A stretch of 64,000 nucleotides of DNA from IMG/VR virus record IMGVR_UViG_3300032235_000437, positions 16,447 through 80,446 of that record. One strand, given 5' to 3'. Of the stretch, positions 9,826 to 20,117 are shown piece after piece; position 1 is the first letter of the stretch, and each line of letters starts with the position of its first letter. A program made the translations under genes and the position numbers. This DNA comes from a virus. A model generated the notes under the pieces. The model was given only the letters and a program-made list of their open reading frames with translations. It did not search any database and was not told where the DNA came from.

Positions 9826-10146
9826 TTGGGGATTTTTATGAAAAATTATTTCGTATTACAAGAATTATCAGATGAATCATTAGAAGCTGTATTAAGTCTT
9901 TCACCGGCTCAAAAGGCTGGTTATTTTGAGGCTATGGTTAAAACTTTTTATCCTCGTATACCAGAAAACACGGAAGAATTTGAAGAAATGGTAGCTACTT
10001 ATCTTAGCAGCTTTTGTGTAGAGAAGATTTACAGATCAAATAGGTTTTTTAATGAAAAATTTACTCCAGTGTATACAGGAACAGGAATCATAAGAAATAT
10101 TATCTCAGACTTATACTATTCGGACGACGAGCTGATAACTCATTAA
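9826..10146 (+). CDS. Hypothetical protein
   Basis: ORF only; probable start at ATG 9838. Confidence 0.6.
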   Translation: MGIFMKNYFVLQELSDESLEAVLSLSPAQKAGYFEAMVKTFYPRIPENTEEFEEMVATYLSSFCVEKIYRSNRFFNEKFTPVYTGTGIIRNIISDLYYSDDELITH

Positions 10147-10154
10147 TATTTGAG

Positions 10155-10183
10155 TTGCATGGTTACTGTTTACTTGTTATAAT
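10155..10183 (+). promoter_or_regulatory. Sigma70-type promoter for helicase/primase/polymerase operon
   Basis: TTGCAT-17-TATAAT with extended TG. Confidence 0.85.
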
Positions 10184-10205
10184 AAATAAACACTAGAGGT
10201 AAATT

Positions 10206-10979
10206 ATGGCTAAGGCACCAACAACCGAGATTCCAGAGGCAAAGATCAGAAACGCTATCTGGTATTTAAAAGCAGGAAAAACTAAGAAGTTTGTTTGTGA
10301 GTTCTTAGGTATTGCTTATAATACCAAAAAACTAGATTCGCTAATTGAAGAGTTTCATAAGCGTTTAGAACGAGAAGCTGAACTTAAAAAAGCTGCTAAA
10401 GTAAAAGTATTCACACAAAAAGAAAAAGAAGGTATTGCTAAACAGTACCTAGCCGGTGAAGCACAATCTGTATTAGCTAAGCAGTATTTCATTTCTCCGC
10501 AAAGAATTAAGAATATTCTTATGGAAATGAATACTCCTATTAGAGGTAGGGGTAAAAACTCAGAAGCTAAAGTAGATCACATTGTTCAAGACCTAGAAAT
10601 AAAATTTAAAGCTGGAGATAAAGTATTTCTAGCTAAGTATAACTGCTTTGCTATTGTTCATCAAGTATATGATGAGGAGTATCTTGAATACTTAGAAAAT
10701 GGCAGACAGCGTTATGTTGAGTTATACCCTTTTAAGCCCGATAAACGTGGCATGGCCGGTAGATATAGTGAGCCGCAAGAAGGTGTTCACTATGAAATTT
10801 ATTGGGTACTAGAAGATGGTACTGAGTTTAAACTATCCGCTATGAAATCAGTGCGGAATCGAATTATACAACAAATCGAAGAAACTGGTAGAGAGTACTA
10901 TACGGTATGGAGAGACGATGGCGATAATTGTTTTCTTTATGCAATGAGAGACGAACTTTACCCAGTTAAGGCAGGATAA
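10206..10979 (+). CDS. Hypothetical protein with HTH-like segments
   Basis: GAGG RBS; GKTKKFVCEFLGIAYNT and YLAGE...LAKQYFISPQRIKNIL resemble HTH units. Confidence 0.6.
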   Translation: MAKAPTTEIPEAKIRNAIWYLKAGKTKKFVCEFLGIAYNTKKLDSLIEEFHKRLEREAELKKAAKVKVFTQKEKEGIAKQYLAGEAQSVLAKQYFISPQRIKNILMEMNTPIRGRGKNSEAKVDHIVQDLEIKFKAGDKVFLAKYNCFAIVHQVYDEEYLEYLENGRQRYVELYPFKPDKRGMAGRYSEPQEGVHYEIYWVLEDGTEFKLSAMKSVRNRIIQQIEETGREYYTVWRDDGDNCFLYAMRDELYPVKAG

Positions 10980-12370
10980 TGGCAGTAGACTTACAAAAAC
11001 TAGCTCTGCGTAGATTAATAGATACGCAGAGTAATGATCTATATTCACGACTATTAAACCAATATTTTACAGGAATTAACGCTACTTTATACGACAAGAT
11101 AAAACTGTTCTATAAAGCTAATGTTAGACTTCCTTCTACAGACGAAATTTTAGCGATCCGAAAAGATGCAGCGCTACAAGACTACCTAGAGAATCAAATT
11201 TACGCTGAAGATAACTCTTGTGAAGGTCTTCAAGACGAGTTCTTGATCGCTCAGTTACAAGATTACTATATCCGTGAAGAGACTATCTCATTCATGGATA
11301 AAATGATTGATAACCTAGACAGCTTAGAAAAAGTAGAAATTGTAGATAAACTACAAAACCACTTGCTTCATCTTAATAAAGCCATCCCACATGATGATGA
11401 ACTATACGACGTAGCAGAGCTTGACTTCTTCCCTAACGAAGAAGATTTTAAAATCTATCCATCAGGTCTATCACATGAATTTGATAGTATCAACGGCGGC
11501 TTCGCTACTCAAGAGCTAGTTCTTCTTGGTGGTCGTCGTGGTTCTGGTAAGTCTATTATCTCACTAAACCTAGCATTAAACCGTTTTCTTCAAGGAAATA
11601 CGGTATCATTTTTTACTATTGAAATGCGGTATAAAGAAGTTTATGACCGCGTACAATCGATCATTTCTGGAGTACCTTTCCTAGATATTTTCAGAAATCA
11701 ACTAACTGATATCCAAAAACTTCAGATGGCTAGAGCTAAGTTTGATGTATTCTATGAGAAATCAGATACGGTAACAAATCTATTAGGCGATCTTGAGAGA
11801 GAACGTGACTTTAAAAAGTTTGAGCAGCGTGTAAAAGCTGAAAAGCCTAAGCTGAAAGAGCACAGACTGTTTATGATCGACGATGAAGGCTTAACTCTGA
11901 ATCGTATTGATCACTATAACAACATGTTTGCTAGTAAGTATCCTAACTATAATATGAGTGTAGTAGACTACATCAATATTATTAAGCATGAAGATCAGAA
12001 AGACTGGAAGACACAGATTACTATTGCAGATAGTCTAAAATCCCAATCTAGAAAATATGATCTAACTATGATTTCACCTTATCAGATCGACGCTAGCGGT
12101 GAAGCTCGTTTTGCTAAAGGTATCCTAGATAGTGCTGACAGAAGCTTTAACTTCTTTCCTCCGCCAGAGAATGAAGACAGAAGCTTGAATAATAAAGTCA
12201 CAATTCATACTACTAAGATGCGTAACGGTAAACATATGAGTTTTGACGTACTAATGGATTGGGCTTGTGTAAAAATCAATCCAAACGTATCGGAAGTGAT
12301 TAATGAAAAACCACACGGTGTTGCAAAGTTTGGATCAGACAACGAAGCTCAAGGACCTAGAGATATATAA
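10979..12370 (+). CDS. DnaB-like replicative helicase (T5 D6-like)
   Basis: GRRGSGKS Walker A, FTIEM, VVDY, PYQ, KMRNG. Confidence 0.92.
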   Translation: MAVDLQKLALRRLIDTQSNDLYSRLLNQYFTGINATLYDKIKLFYKANVRLPSTDEILAIRKDAALQDYLENQIYAEDNSCEGLQDEFLIAQLQDYYIREETISFMDKMIDNLDSLEKVEIVDKLQNHLLHLNKAIPHDDELYDVAELDFFPNEEDFKIYPSGLSHEFDSINGGFATQELVLLGGRRGSGKSIISLNLALNRFLQGNTVSFFTIEMRYKEVYDRVQSIISGVPFLDIFRNQLTDIQKLQMARAKFDVFYEKSDTVTNLLGDLERERDFKKFEQRVKAEKPKLKEHRLFMIDDEGLTLNRIDHYNNMFASKYPNYNMSVVDYINIIKHEDQKDWKTQITIADSLKSQSRKYDLTMISPYQIDASGEARFAKGILDSADRSFNFFPPPENEDRSLNNKVTIHTTKMRNGKHMSFDVLMDWACVKINPNVSEVINEKPHGVAKFGSDNEAQGPRDI

Positions 12371-13227
12371 TGGACTTAGTAGAACTATTAGATAAACGAG
12401 GTATACCGTATAAAAAAACTAATAATCCTTATGAGATTTTAGTTACTTGTACGAGTGGGCAGCACCAAGATAACAACGCTAGCTTGTCTTACAATCTAGA
12501 AAAGCATATATTTAACTGCTGGAGTTGTGGATTTAGAGGTGGTGCCACTAAATTCTTACAATCTATAGGCGAAATGGCTGTTATTGATTTTGACAGCAAG
12601 CAGCCTTATAAGATTAAGAAACTAAAAGAAAAACTCAGAGCAAAGATTGAGATTGACGATATTAAGCTGCCAGATGATAGAAAGCTATATCTAGAAGAGT
12701 TTAGAGGTATTGACGCTAATATCTATAGAGAGTTTAAAGCTTTCACTACTAATCAGATGGACTTAACAGATTATCTATGTATTCCAGTATTTCAACACGG
12801 TAAACTAAAGTTTATCGAAGGCAGGCTTTTACGTGATCTAGAAAACCAACCAAAGTACTACAGACGCCCAGCAAAAGCTGTGGTGTCTGATGTGCTATTT
12901 CCTCTAGATAAGATTAAGAATACTAACTATGTAATTCTAGTAGAAGGTATTTTTGATGCTATTAACATGTGGAAAATCGGCTATAATAACACGTTATGTG
13001 TGTTTGGCACCACCAATTTTAGTAAAAAGAAGCTAGACCTATTAGATAATATGGGTATCACTAGAGTAGATATTATGATGGATTCTGATGCTCCTGGTGT
13101 GAAGGCAGCAGAGAAAATAGCTGAAATGTTGGATTCTCGTAATATTTATGCTAGAATTATAACATTACCAAAAGGCGTTGACCCTGGCGAGTTAACTAAA
13201 GAACAAGCAGAGAGGCTATTAAAGTGA
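12370..13227 (+). CDS. DNA primase (zinc finger + TOPRIM)
   Basis: C..H.D / FNCWSC zinc-binding domain; LVEGIFDA, MMDSDAPG, DPG TOPRIM motifs. Confidence 0.93.
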   Translation: MDLVELLDKRGIPYKKTNNPYEILVTCTSGQHQDNNASLSYNLEKHIFNCWSCGFRGGATKFLQSIGEMAVIDFDSKQPYKIKKLKEKLRAKIEIDDIKLPDDRKLYLEEFRGIDANIYREFKAFTTNQMDLTDYLCIPVFQHGKLKFIEGRLLRDLENQPKYYRRPAKAVVSDVLFPLDKIKNTNYVILVEGIFDAINMWKIGYNNTLCVFGTTNFSKKKLDLLDNMGITRVDIMMDSDAPGVKAAEKIAEMLDSRNIYARIITLPKGVDPGELTKEQAERLLK

Positions 13228-15503
13228 CAGAAGTATGTTTTGTGTTCGCAAGTACTGCGGAAAAAGAAGCAAAAAAGACTATTGATAAGTATCTTAAAAA
13301 TGTTGATTATGATGTAAAATACTTATCTTCCCAACCTAAAGATAAAATTCTTAAAAAAGATGTAGACCTAGATTTAGCTGAGCTATCTGGGTATAAAATC
13401 ACATGCCCGATCGGTGCAGACGCACTAAAGTATGTTGCAGGCATGACAGGTATTCAAAAGTATAACGGTGTTTTTGTAGAGAAGAAATATCTTCCTATTA
13501 TGCATCCTAATATTATTTTGATCAAACCTCAGATCGAAGATGACATTAAAAAAGCTTTTAATCAAATCCCAAAGCTACTATCTGGTGAAAATCTAGGAGT
13601 AGAGATTGAAAAAGACTATTGCTTTGTAGAAACAGAGCAACAGTTTCAGAACTATAAGCATCAATTCGAAGAAGCTCCAGTTATTGTAGCCGATATTGAG
13701 ACTACTAGCGTATCGCCTTTTACTGGTATTATTCTAGGTGTTGCGCTATCTACCAGACCACATCAGGGTATTTATGTTTCTGCTGAGATTGTTCAGAAGC
13801 ATAAAAATTGGTTCCATAATCTATTTAAAAGTAAAAAAGTGATCTTCCATAACGCAAAGTTCGATATGGGGTTCATGGCGCATGAGTATGGCTTTGAGTT
13901 CCCAGACTTTGAAGATACTATGTTGCTTCATTATTGCCTAGAAGAATCTGTTGGTACTCACGGTCTAAAACCTCTAGCTATGCGCTTTACTGATCTTGGT
14001 GACTATGAACGTGATCTTGATGAGTATAAGAAGACATGGGCTAGAAAAAACAAAGTTAAGCTTGAAGACTTTAACTACGGGATGTTGCCGAGCGACATTC
14101 TGGCTCCTTACGCATGTAAAGATGCCGACGCCACATTCCAGCTATTCAGCAAGTTTATGCCGCTTGTTGACAAAAGCCCTGAGTTTACTAAGCTGTACCG
14201 TAATATTCTTATTCCAGCTACTTATGCGCTGCGTAAGTTGGAGAAGAATGGCGGTCCTGTGAATAGAGCGCAGGTCGAATGGCTAGCTGAGCAGTACGAA
14301 ATCGATGTGGAAGAGTGTCTTGCTGAGATTGCTAACTCAGAAGCTGTAGCTCGTTTTGAACGTATTCACGGTAAAATCTTTAACCCTAACTCAACTGCGC
14401 AGTTGAGAGAGCTATTCTTTAATATTCTAAATATTAAACCTACTAAGAAGACAGAGACTGGTGCTTGGTCTGTTGACAAAGAAGTTCTCAAAGAAATTAA
14501 CCATCCGCTAGCAGAAGCTATTCTAGACCTTCGTGAGAAGTCTAAGATGGCTGGTACTTATATCTCTAATATTCGTAGAGGTATTGACTATGATGATAGG
14601 CTTCGTAGTGGTTTCAATATTCATGGTACTACTTCTGGGCGCTTGTCGTCTAGTGGTACTCTTAACTATCAGAATATTCCTAGAGATAATAAAGATATTA
14701 AAAAGCTATTCCGCGCTCGTCCTGGCTATAAGATTGTCCAGTGCGACCTTGGTACCGCAGAAGTTTATTATGCTGCTGTACTTAGCGCAGACAAGTTCTT
14801 ACAACAAGCGTTTATTGATAAGCTTGACTTCCACTCCTATGTAGCTAAACAGATGTTTAACCTGCCCTGCGAAGTGCATGAAGTTAAGAAGCTGTACCCT
14901 AACGAGCGTCAGTACGCTAAAGCTATTACTTTCGGTATCATGTATCAAGCTGGTCCCGCTAAAATTGCTGAAACTGTTAATAAAGATGCTAAAGCTGGTG
15001 AAGAGATTAGTGTTACACAAGCTAAGCAATTCATTAATAAGTACTTTAACGAAGCTAAAGCACTAAAACGCTTTATTGACGCTTCTAACACACAGATTGA
15101 AAACTATGCGTATATCTACGCGTTTTTCGGTCGTAAGCGCAGACTACCAGAAGCCAAAGCTCCAAGCCCTGGCGTTGCTAAACATGCCATTCGGTCTGGT
15201 GTTAACTTCCTTGTTCAGTCAGTAGCTTCTGATATTAACGTTCTAGGTCTTATCGACTTAATTACGTGGGTAGAATCTAGCGGTTATGACGACGTTATTA
15301 AGCCGTTCACAGTTGTTCATGACTCTATCGTATCAGAAGTTCGTGAAGATCTTGTCCCTCTATATATTGAAAATGCGCGTAGATGCATTCAAACAGATAG
15401 AGGTCTATCTATCCCTAACTGCCCTATCAAAGTAGACTTCGAGGTTGGAGATAGCTGGGGTGAGCTAGAAGATGAAAAAAAGTATCTCGAAAAAATTTCT
15501 TAA
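13224..15503 (+). CDS. Family A DNA polymerase with 3'-5' exonuclease and N-terminal UDG-like domain
   Basis: DIET, HNAKFD, YACKDAD exonuclease motifs; TTSGRLSS, motif A CDLGTAE, motif B RQYAKAITFGIMY, motif C VHDS. Confidence 0.97.
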   Translation: MTEVCFVFASTAEKEAKKTIDKYLKNVDYDVKYLSSQPKDKILKKDVDLDLAELSGYKITCPIGADALKYVAGMTGIQKYNGVFVEKKYLPIMHPNIILIKPQIEDDIKKAFNQIPKLLSGENLGVEIEKDYCFVETEQQFQNYKHQFEEAPVIVADIETTSVSPFTGIILGVALSTRPHQGIYVSAEIVQKHKNWFHNLFKSKKVIFHNAKFDMGFMAHEYGFEFPDFEDTMLLHYCLEESVGTHGLKPLAMRFTDLGDYERDLDEYKKTWARKNKVKLEDFNYGMLPSDILAPYACKDADATFQLFSKFMPLVDKSPEFTKLYRNILIPATYALRKLEKNGGPVNRAQVEWLAEQYEIDVEECLAEIANSEAVARFERIHGKIFNPNSTAQLRELFFNILNIKPTKKTETGAWSVDKEVLKEINHPLAEAILDLREKSKMAGTYISNIRRGIDYDDRLRSGFNIHGTTSGRLSSSGTLNYQNIPRDNKDIKKLFRARPGYKIVQCDLGTAEVYYAAVLSADKFLQQAFIDKLDFHSYVAKQMFNLPCEVHEVKKLYPNERQYAKAITFGIMYQAGPAKIAETVNKDAKAGEEISVTQAKQFINKYFNEAKALKRFIDASNTQIENYAYIYAFFGRKRRLPEAKAPSPGVAKHAIRSGVNFLVQSVASDINVLGLIDLITWVESSGYDDVIKPFTVVHDSIVSEVREDLVPLYIENARRCIQTDRGLSIPNCPIKVDFEVGDSWGELEDEKKYLEKIS

Positions 15504-15981
15504 TATAGCTTACCCTATATTTACCACTACTACTAAGCCTTATGCTATAGAATACTCTATAGATAAGATTTATTTCTTAAAGTCTCCAGATAGTAATAAA
15601 GAGCTAATTGATGATAAAAACTATCCTGGAGACTATTTTGCTAGGCTATTACAGATAAATAACAGGTTCAAATTCGACCATACTTGTAAAAACCTACAAG
15701 ACTTAATAATGAGTAAAGCTAAATGGGGTATGGACAGTCGAGCCATACCCCATGATTTTTCTAAGTTAGTAGCTGTACCAGCAGAGAAACGTAAAGTAGT
15801 AAAAATTGACAATAGTTTAATTTGGGTAAGAAATATTTCTTACCCATTTGAAATTTCGACTACAGAAAGTTTTAGTAACTCAGACGAAATTTATGCTACA
15901 ATTATTCATGTTAACGGAGAATGGTTTATTAAAGATTTTTCACATGATAATGTTTTGAGTAGACCATACATTTATGTATGA
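15472..15981 (+). CDS. Hypothetical protein between polymerase and helicase
   Basis: ORF coupled to neighbours; T5 has an unknown gene at this position. Confidence 0.6.
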   Translation: MKKSISKKFLNIAYPIFTTTTKPYAIEYSIDKIYFLKSPDSNKELIDDKNYPGDYFARLLQINNRFKFDHTCKNLQDLIMSKAKWGMDSRAIPHDFSKLVAVPAEKRKVVKIDNSLIWVRNISYPFEISTTESFSNSDEIYATIIHVNGEWFIKDFSHDNVLSRPYIYV

Positions 15982-17264
15982 ATAAAGTAAAAGTAAATAA
16001 TATAACAATAGCAGACAAGATATACATTGATAAAGAAGGTTTAGATGGATCATCTGACCTACTAGCTATGTATACTTATAATAACGGTGACGAATTTCTT
16101 TCGACTATAGAAGAGACTGAAGAGCATTTTATAGTGCCTTCTAACTCTTACCATAAATTAGAGTGGAACTCCTTAGTTGATAATAGAAATTTCTCTCACT
16201 TAGATTATAAACTAGAGTTTAAAGGTTTACTACGTAGTGAGCAGCAAGAAGCTGTAAATAAGTTTTTTATAGGCGAAAGAGCTAGAAGCGGATTACTACA
16301 GGCGAAGCCAGGCTGGGGTAAGACATTCGCAGCCTGTAATTTAATTGCTAGAAACAATAGTAAAACGCTTATACTAGTACACACAGTATTACTATTTGAA
16401 CAATGGCTAGACGAGATTGCTCAGCAGCTACCTAATATAACCGTAGGAAAAATAGGTGATGGTTTCTTTTCGATTAGTGATGTTACTGTAGCTATTTATA
16501 AAACCGCTTATAATAACATTAATCAATTAAGAGAAGAGTTTAGTACGCTAATTGTAGACGAAGCTCATAAGTGTCCTGCAGATATGTTCTCAACTGTAGT
16601 TAATAATATTAATGCCAAGGTTAAGATAGCAATTACTGCAACTCCTAGAAGAAAAGATGGTAAACACGTTTATCTAGAAGATTTCTTTTCAACCTTCAAA
16701 GTTGTAGCGGAAGACTTAAGAGACTTAGCAATACCGTCAGTAACAGTAGTACCTACTGACTTTAAATTTGCTATTACAGACCCTAAACGTGATTGGTCGC
16801 GTGCAGTAAATAAACTATGTGCTGATACAGATTACCAAGATTTAATAGCAAATAAAGCTATTAGCTATATAAAACAAGGTAGATGTCCCCTAATAATAGG
16901 AGATAGAGTACAGATGTTAAAAGACCTGCAAAAGAAGATACCTGATAGTATTTGCGTAATTGGTGAATCAGATAAGGCTATACGAGAAGATGCCTTAGAA
17001 AATCTAGGTAAAACTTATAAGGCAATCCTAACAACTAAGCTGTTCGATGAAGGTATTAGTTGTCATAGGCTAGATACCCTATTTTTTACTTGCCCGAGTA
17101 ACAATCCAGTACAATGGGAACAAAGAATAGGTAGAATAGAAAGATTACATCCAGAAAAGCAGTTTCCTCTAGTAGTTGATTTTTGGCTATCTGGAAAAGT
17201 TGTAGCTAGACAACAAAAAGCTAGACTATTATGGTATACAAGTCGTGGCTACCACATTCTTTAA
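15978..17264 (+). CDS. D10: Superfamily 2 helicase (T5 D10/UvsW-like)
   Basis: PGWGKT, DEAH, TATP, QRIGRIER; synteny with T5. Confidence 0.9.
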   Translation: MNKVKVNNITIADKIYIDKEGLDGSSDLLAMYTYNNGDEFLSTIEETEEHFIVPSNSYHKLEWNSLVDNRNFSHLDYKLEFKGLLRSEQQEAVNKFFIGERARSGLLQAKPGWGKTFAACNLIARNNSKTLILVHTVLLFEQWLDEIAQQLPNITVGKIGDGFFSISDVTVAIYKTAYNNINQLREEFSTLIVDEAHKCPADMFSTVVNNINAKVKIAITATPRRKDGKHVYLEDFFSTFKVVAEDLRDLAIPSVTVVPTDFKFAITDPKRDWSRAVNKLCADTDYQDLIANKAISYIKQGRCPLIIGDRVQMLKDLQKKIPDSICVIGESDKAIREDALENLGKTYKAILTTKLFDEGISCHRLDTLFFTCPSNNPVQWEQRIGRIERLHPEKQFPLVVDFWLSGKVVARQQKARLLWYTSRGYHIL

Positions 17265-17676
17265 TTGGTCTGAAATATGGCTATTAAGCAAAAGAGATCT
17301 ATCCTCAATAATTTGTTTGACCTATGCTCAATCAAAAGAATATAATGAGATATCAGCTAGAACAATGATGGCTAGATTAAAACTAGACCATATACCGCCA
17401 GAGTTATTTCATCATAAGATATTCACACAATATAGACATACATTAGTATGTAATTATAAAACTAAAGATCCTCAGAATTACTTTAATAATTCGTCATTTC
17501 TTTATACGCATACAACAGCTAAGCATAAAGCAGTTTATATCAAAGCTTTAGGCTTACGAAAGTTTACTTCTGATAAGAACTATATTCCGTTAAGATATTT
17601 TCCTAATGTGACCTATAATCCTTTTTTAGAGATAAACGATGATAAGATATACTTTCCACTAGAGTCCTCGATCTGA
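17245..17676 (+). CDS. Hypothetical protein
   Basis: GTG-start ORF between D10 and D11 homologues. Confidence 0.6.
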   Translation: MATTFFNWSEIWLLSKRDLSSIICLTYAQSKEYNEISARTMMARLKLDHIPPELFHHKIFTQYRHTLVCNYKTKDPQNYFNNSSFLYTHTTAKHKAVYIKALGLRKFTSDKNYIPLRYFPNVTYNPFLEINDDKIYFPLESSI

Positions 17677-17721
17677 GGAAATACACCACTAAGAACAAAG
17701 TTCATTTAAGGAGAAAACAAC

Positions 17722-18378
17722 ATGGTAGCTTGGGAAAAAGCCAAAGGCAAACAAACCACAGGAAATCAAAACAAAAGAGATATTGAGCGTGTTACGCTAG
17801 GACAAGGTGATACAAAGCTACGTTTAGTAGGCGATGTGATGCCAAGATACTGCTACTGGGTAGTAACAAAAGACGGTAAGAAAATGCCTGTAGAGTGCCT
17901 ACAGTTTGATAGAGAAACTGAAAGCTTTAACTCTAACACAAAAGACCCATTTAAAGAACTTGACGCAGACGTATATGCTGAGAAACCACAGTTTGCTTAT
18001 GTATGTAACGTAATTGATCGTAAAGACAATAAAGTCAAGCTTCTTGATCTACGCTCTACTATTTACGCACAAGTCGTAGACTACGCAACAAACCCTGAGT
18101 ATGGATCGCCTGCTGACGCCGAAAACGGCTATGATCTAACTATTAAAAAAGAAAAAACTGGCCCACTACCACAAAACGTGAAGTACACAGTTATTCCTGC
18201 TCGTAGCAGCAAAGCACTATCAGACGAAGAGCGTTCACTTGAGCTTTACGATCTTTCTAAGATTTTTAAGCGTCAAACTTATGACGAACAAAAGCAGTGG
18301 CTTCTAGACAACACTACTCTATTTGCTGGAGACGCTAGCAATGAGTTTAAACCTGAAGGGGTTGATGACCTAGCATGA
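17722..18378 (+). CDS. D11: T5 D11-like protein (putative ssDNA-binding protein)
   Basis: RLVGDV.PRY.YW, P.ECL.FDR..E.F, GYDL...K.KTGP...NV.Y, acidic tail; strong AAGGAG RBS. Confidence 0.8.
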   Translation: MVAWEKAKGKQTTGNQNKRDIERVTLGQGDTKLRLVGDVMPRYCYWVVTKDGKKMPVECLQFDRETESFNSNTKDPFKELDADVYAEKPQFAYVCNVIDRKDNKVKLLDLRSTIYAQVVDYATNPEYGSPADAENGYDLTIKKEKTGPLPQNVKYTVIPARSSKALSDEERSLELYDLSKIFKRQTYDEQKQWLLDNTTLFAGDASNEFKPEGVDDLA

Positions 18379-19196
18379 AAAAGTCTTTATCTGACCTAGC
18401 CGGTAAACCTGTAGACACTCCGTCTACGGAAGAGGCTCCTAAGACAAAGAGTTTTGGTGCTTTTAAACAGATTAACGGTACTCAAGCTGTAATTGACTTA
18501 GATGTACTTAGAAAATACAATATCTTTTTTGCCACACCTTGCTACGGCGGAATGCTAACTGATCAATTCTTTCTCAGTATGTTCAGAGTATCCCAAGTAC
18601 TTATGCAACACGGTATTAACTTTAGGATTACGACTCTACGTAACGAAAGTCTAATCTCAAGAGCCAGAAACATTCTTACTGCTATGTTTTTGGATAGTGA
18701 CTGCACTCACTTAATGTTTATTGACTCTGATATTGAATTTCAACCAGAAGATATTCTAAGAGCACTAGCTTACGATAAACCAGTTATTGCTGGTGCTTAT
18801 CCTAAAAAAGCACTGCCTATTCAGTATGCAATCAACTTTAAGTTTTCTAATCCTGAAACGCGCCAGATCAGAGTAGAGAACGGCGCTGTAGAAGTACTTG
18901 ATGCGTCTACAGGTTTCTTTATGATTCAAAGGCAAACTATTGAGAAGATGATTGCTGCTCACCCAGAGCTACATTATCGTAATGATTCAAATATTGATCC
19001 AAAACTCAATAAGTACTGCTATGCTCTTTTTGATACTATGATCGACCCAGATGACAATCGTTATCTATCAGAAGACTATACTTTCTGTAGACGTTGGCAA
19101 AAGATGGGCGGAGAAATTTGGCTAGATCCTAATACCAAGCTAAATCACGTCGGTAGTTACACCTTTGAGGGTGACGTCTCTAAGATTATAGGTTAA
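18375..19196 (+). CDS. GT-A fold glycosyltransferase-like phage protein
   Basis: ATPCYGG, ESLISRARN, FIDSD (DXD), TGF, LSEDY.FC, LNHVG. Confidence 0.75.
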   Translation: MKKSLSDLAGKPVDTPSTEEAPKTKSFGAFKQINGTQAVIDLDVLRKYNIFFATPCYGGMLTDQFFLSMFRVSQVLMQHGINFRITTLRNESLISRARNILTAMFLDSDCTHLMFIDSDIEFQPEDILRALAYDKPVIAGAYPKKALPIQYAINFKFSNPETRQIRVENGAVEVLDASTGFFMIQRQTIEKMIAAHPELHYRNDSNIDPKLNKYCYALFDTMIDPDDNRYLSEDYTFCRRWQKMGGEIWLDPNTKLNHVGSYTFEGDVSKIIG

Positions 19197-19200
19197 GACG

Positions 19201-19899
19201 TTGTATAGATTCGCAGAAGAACTAGACCATAAGAATTTTAAAGACAAAAATCGAGTAGACTCTATTGATACCTACTGGGATGATGATTATGACCTAGCTG
19301 ACCCAGGTGGCTGGGAACATAGACATAATCACGAGGCTAATATTATAGCTGAGGTTATAGCGCAGTTAGGTATTAAAAAAGTACTAGAACTAGGCTCAGG
19401 CCCAGGAAACTTAGCTACTAAAATTATTGATAAGACTGGGGTAGATTATACACTAGTTGATGGTGACAGCGCATTGCGTGCTCATGCCAAGAGAAACAAT
19501 AAAGGTAAGTTGTTAGTAATCGATCTATTTGATTCTTTTGACACAACCAATCTTGATAGTGATTATGATCTTGTAGTAGCTAATGATTTCCTAGAACATA
19601 TCAGAAATCCTAGCTTGATACTAGAAAAAGTAAGAAATGATCTGACTACAGATACTTCTTGGTTCTTTCTATCGTCACCTAACTGGAGAATGAAACATCA
19701 GTTTTACTATCCTGGACTATTTGATTATGACAATCTTGTAAAATTCATGATACAAGAAGGCTATAAGCTACATTTTGTATTTGATTCCTGGGCAAACCAC
19801 GTACCAGTACGAGTTCCAAGATTAAATAGTGAATCTTCTTTACCAGAAGGCCATCTATTTGACTGGAACCACTATCTGCTCTTTAAAAAAGAAGTCTAA
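19201..19899 (+). CDS. Class I SAM-dependent methyltransferase
   Basis: VLELGSGPG, YDLVVANDFLEH, SSPN. Confidence 0.85.
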   Translation: MYRFAEELDHKNFKDKNRVDSIDTYWDDDYDLADPGGWEHRHNHEANIIAEVIAQLGIKKVLELGSGPGNLATKIIDKTGVDYTLVDGDSALRAHAKRNNKGKLLVIDLFDSFDTTNLDSDYDLVVANDFLEHIRNPSLILEKVRNDLTTDTSWFFLSSPNWRMKHQFYYPGLFDYDNLVKFMIQEGYKLHFVFDSWANHVPVRVPRLNSESSLPEGHLFDWNHYLLFKKEV

Positions 19900-19901
19900 G
19901 T

Positions 19902-19933
19902 AAAAAATAAGGCGGGGAGCAATCCCCGCCTTT
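19902..19933. terminator. Rho-independent terminator, stronger U-tract on - strand
   Basis: AAGGCGGGGA-GCAA-TCCCCGCCTT; - strand tail TTATTTTTT, + strand tail only TTT. Confidence 0.85.
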
Positions 19934-20111
19934 GAAACTCCGTTTCGGTGGTACAAAATAATAGGCACAAGTATCCCACCAAACGATGTGTAACTCCGTT
20001 ACACTATAAACGTGCTAATAACGCTACGCAAGCTATACGCATCCTGCGTAGCGTTGTTCAATAGCTGTGAAATATTGTGCGAGCTGTATTCGATCACGTA
20101 TTACAACTTGT
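19902..20111 (-). ncRNA. Putative structured non-coding transcript / origin-like element
   Basis: No long ORF; bounded by a - strand promoter and terminator; several hairpins, three with GGA loops. Confidence 0.45.
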
Positions 20112-20117
20112 GAATAT

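Noticed and set aside
20004-20042. 12-codon - strand ORF MRIACVALLARL in the intergenic element
   Set aside because: Too short, AGGA overlaps the start codon, and it is buried in hairpins.
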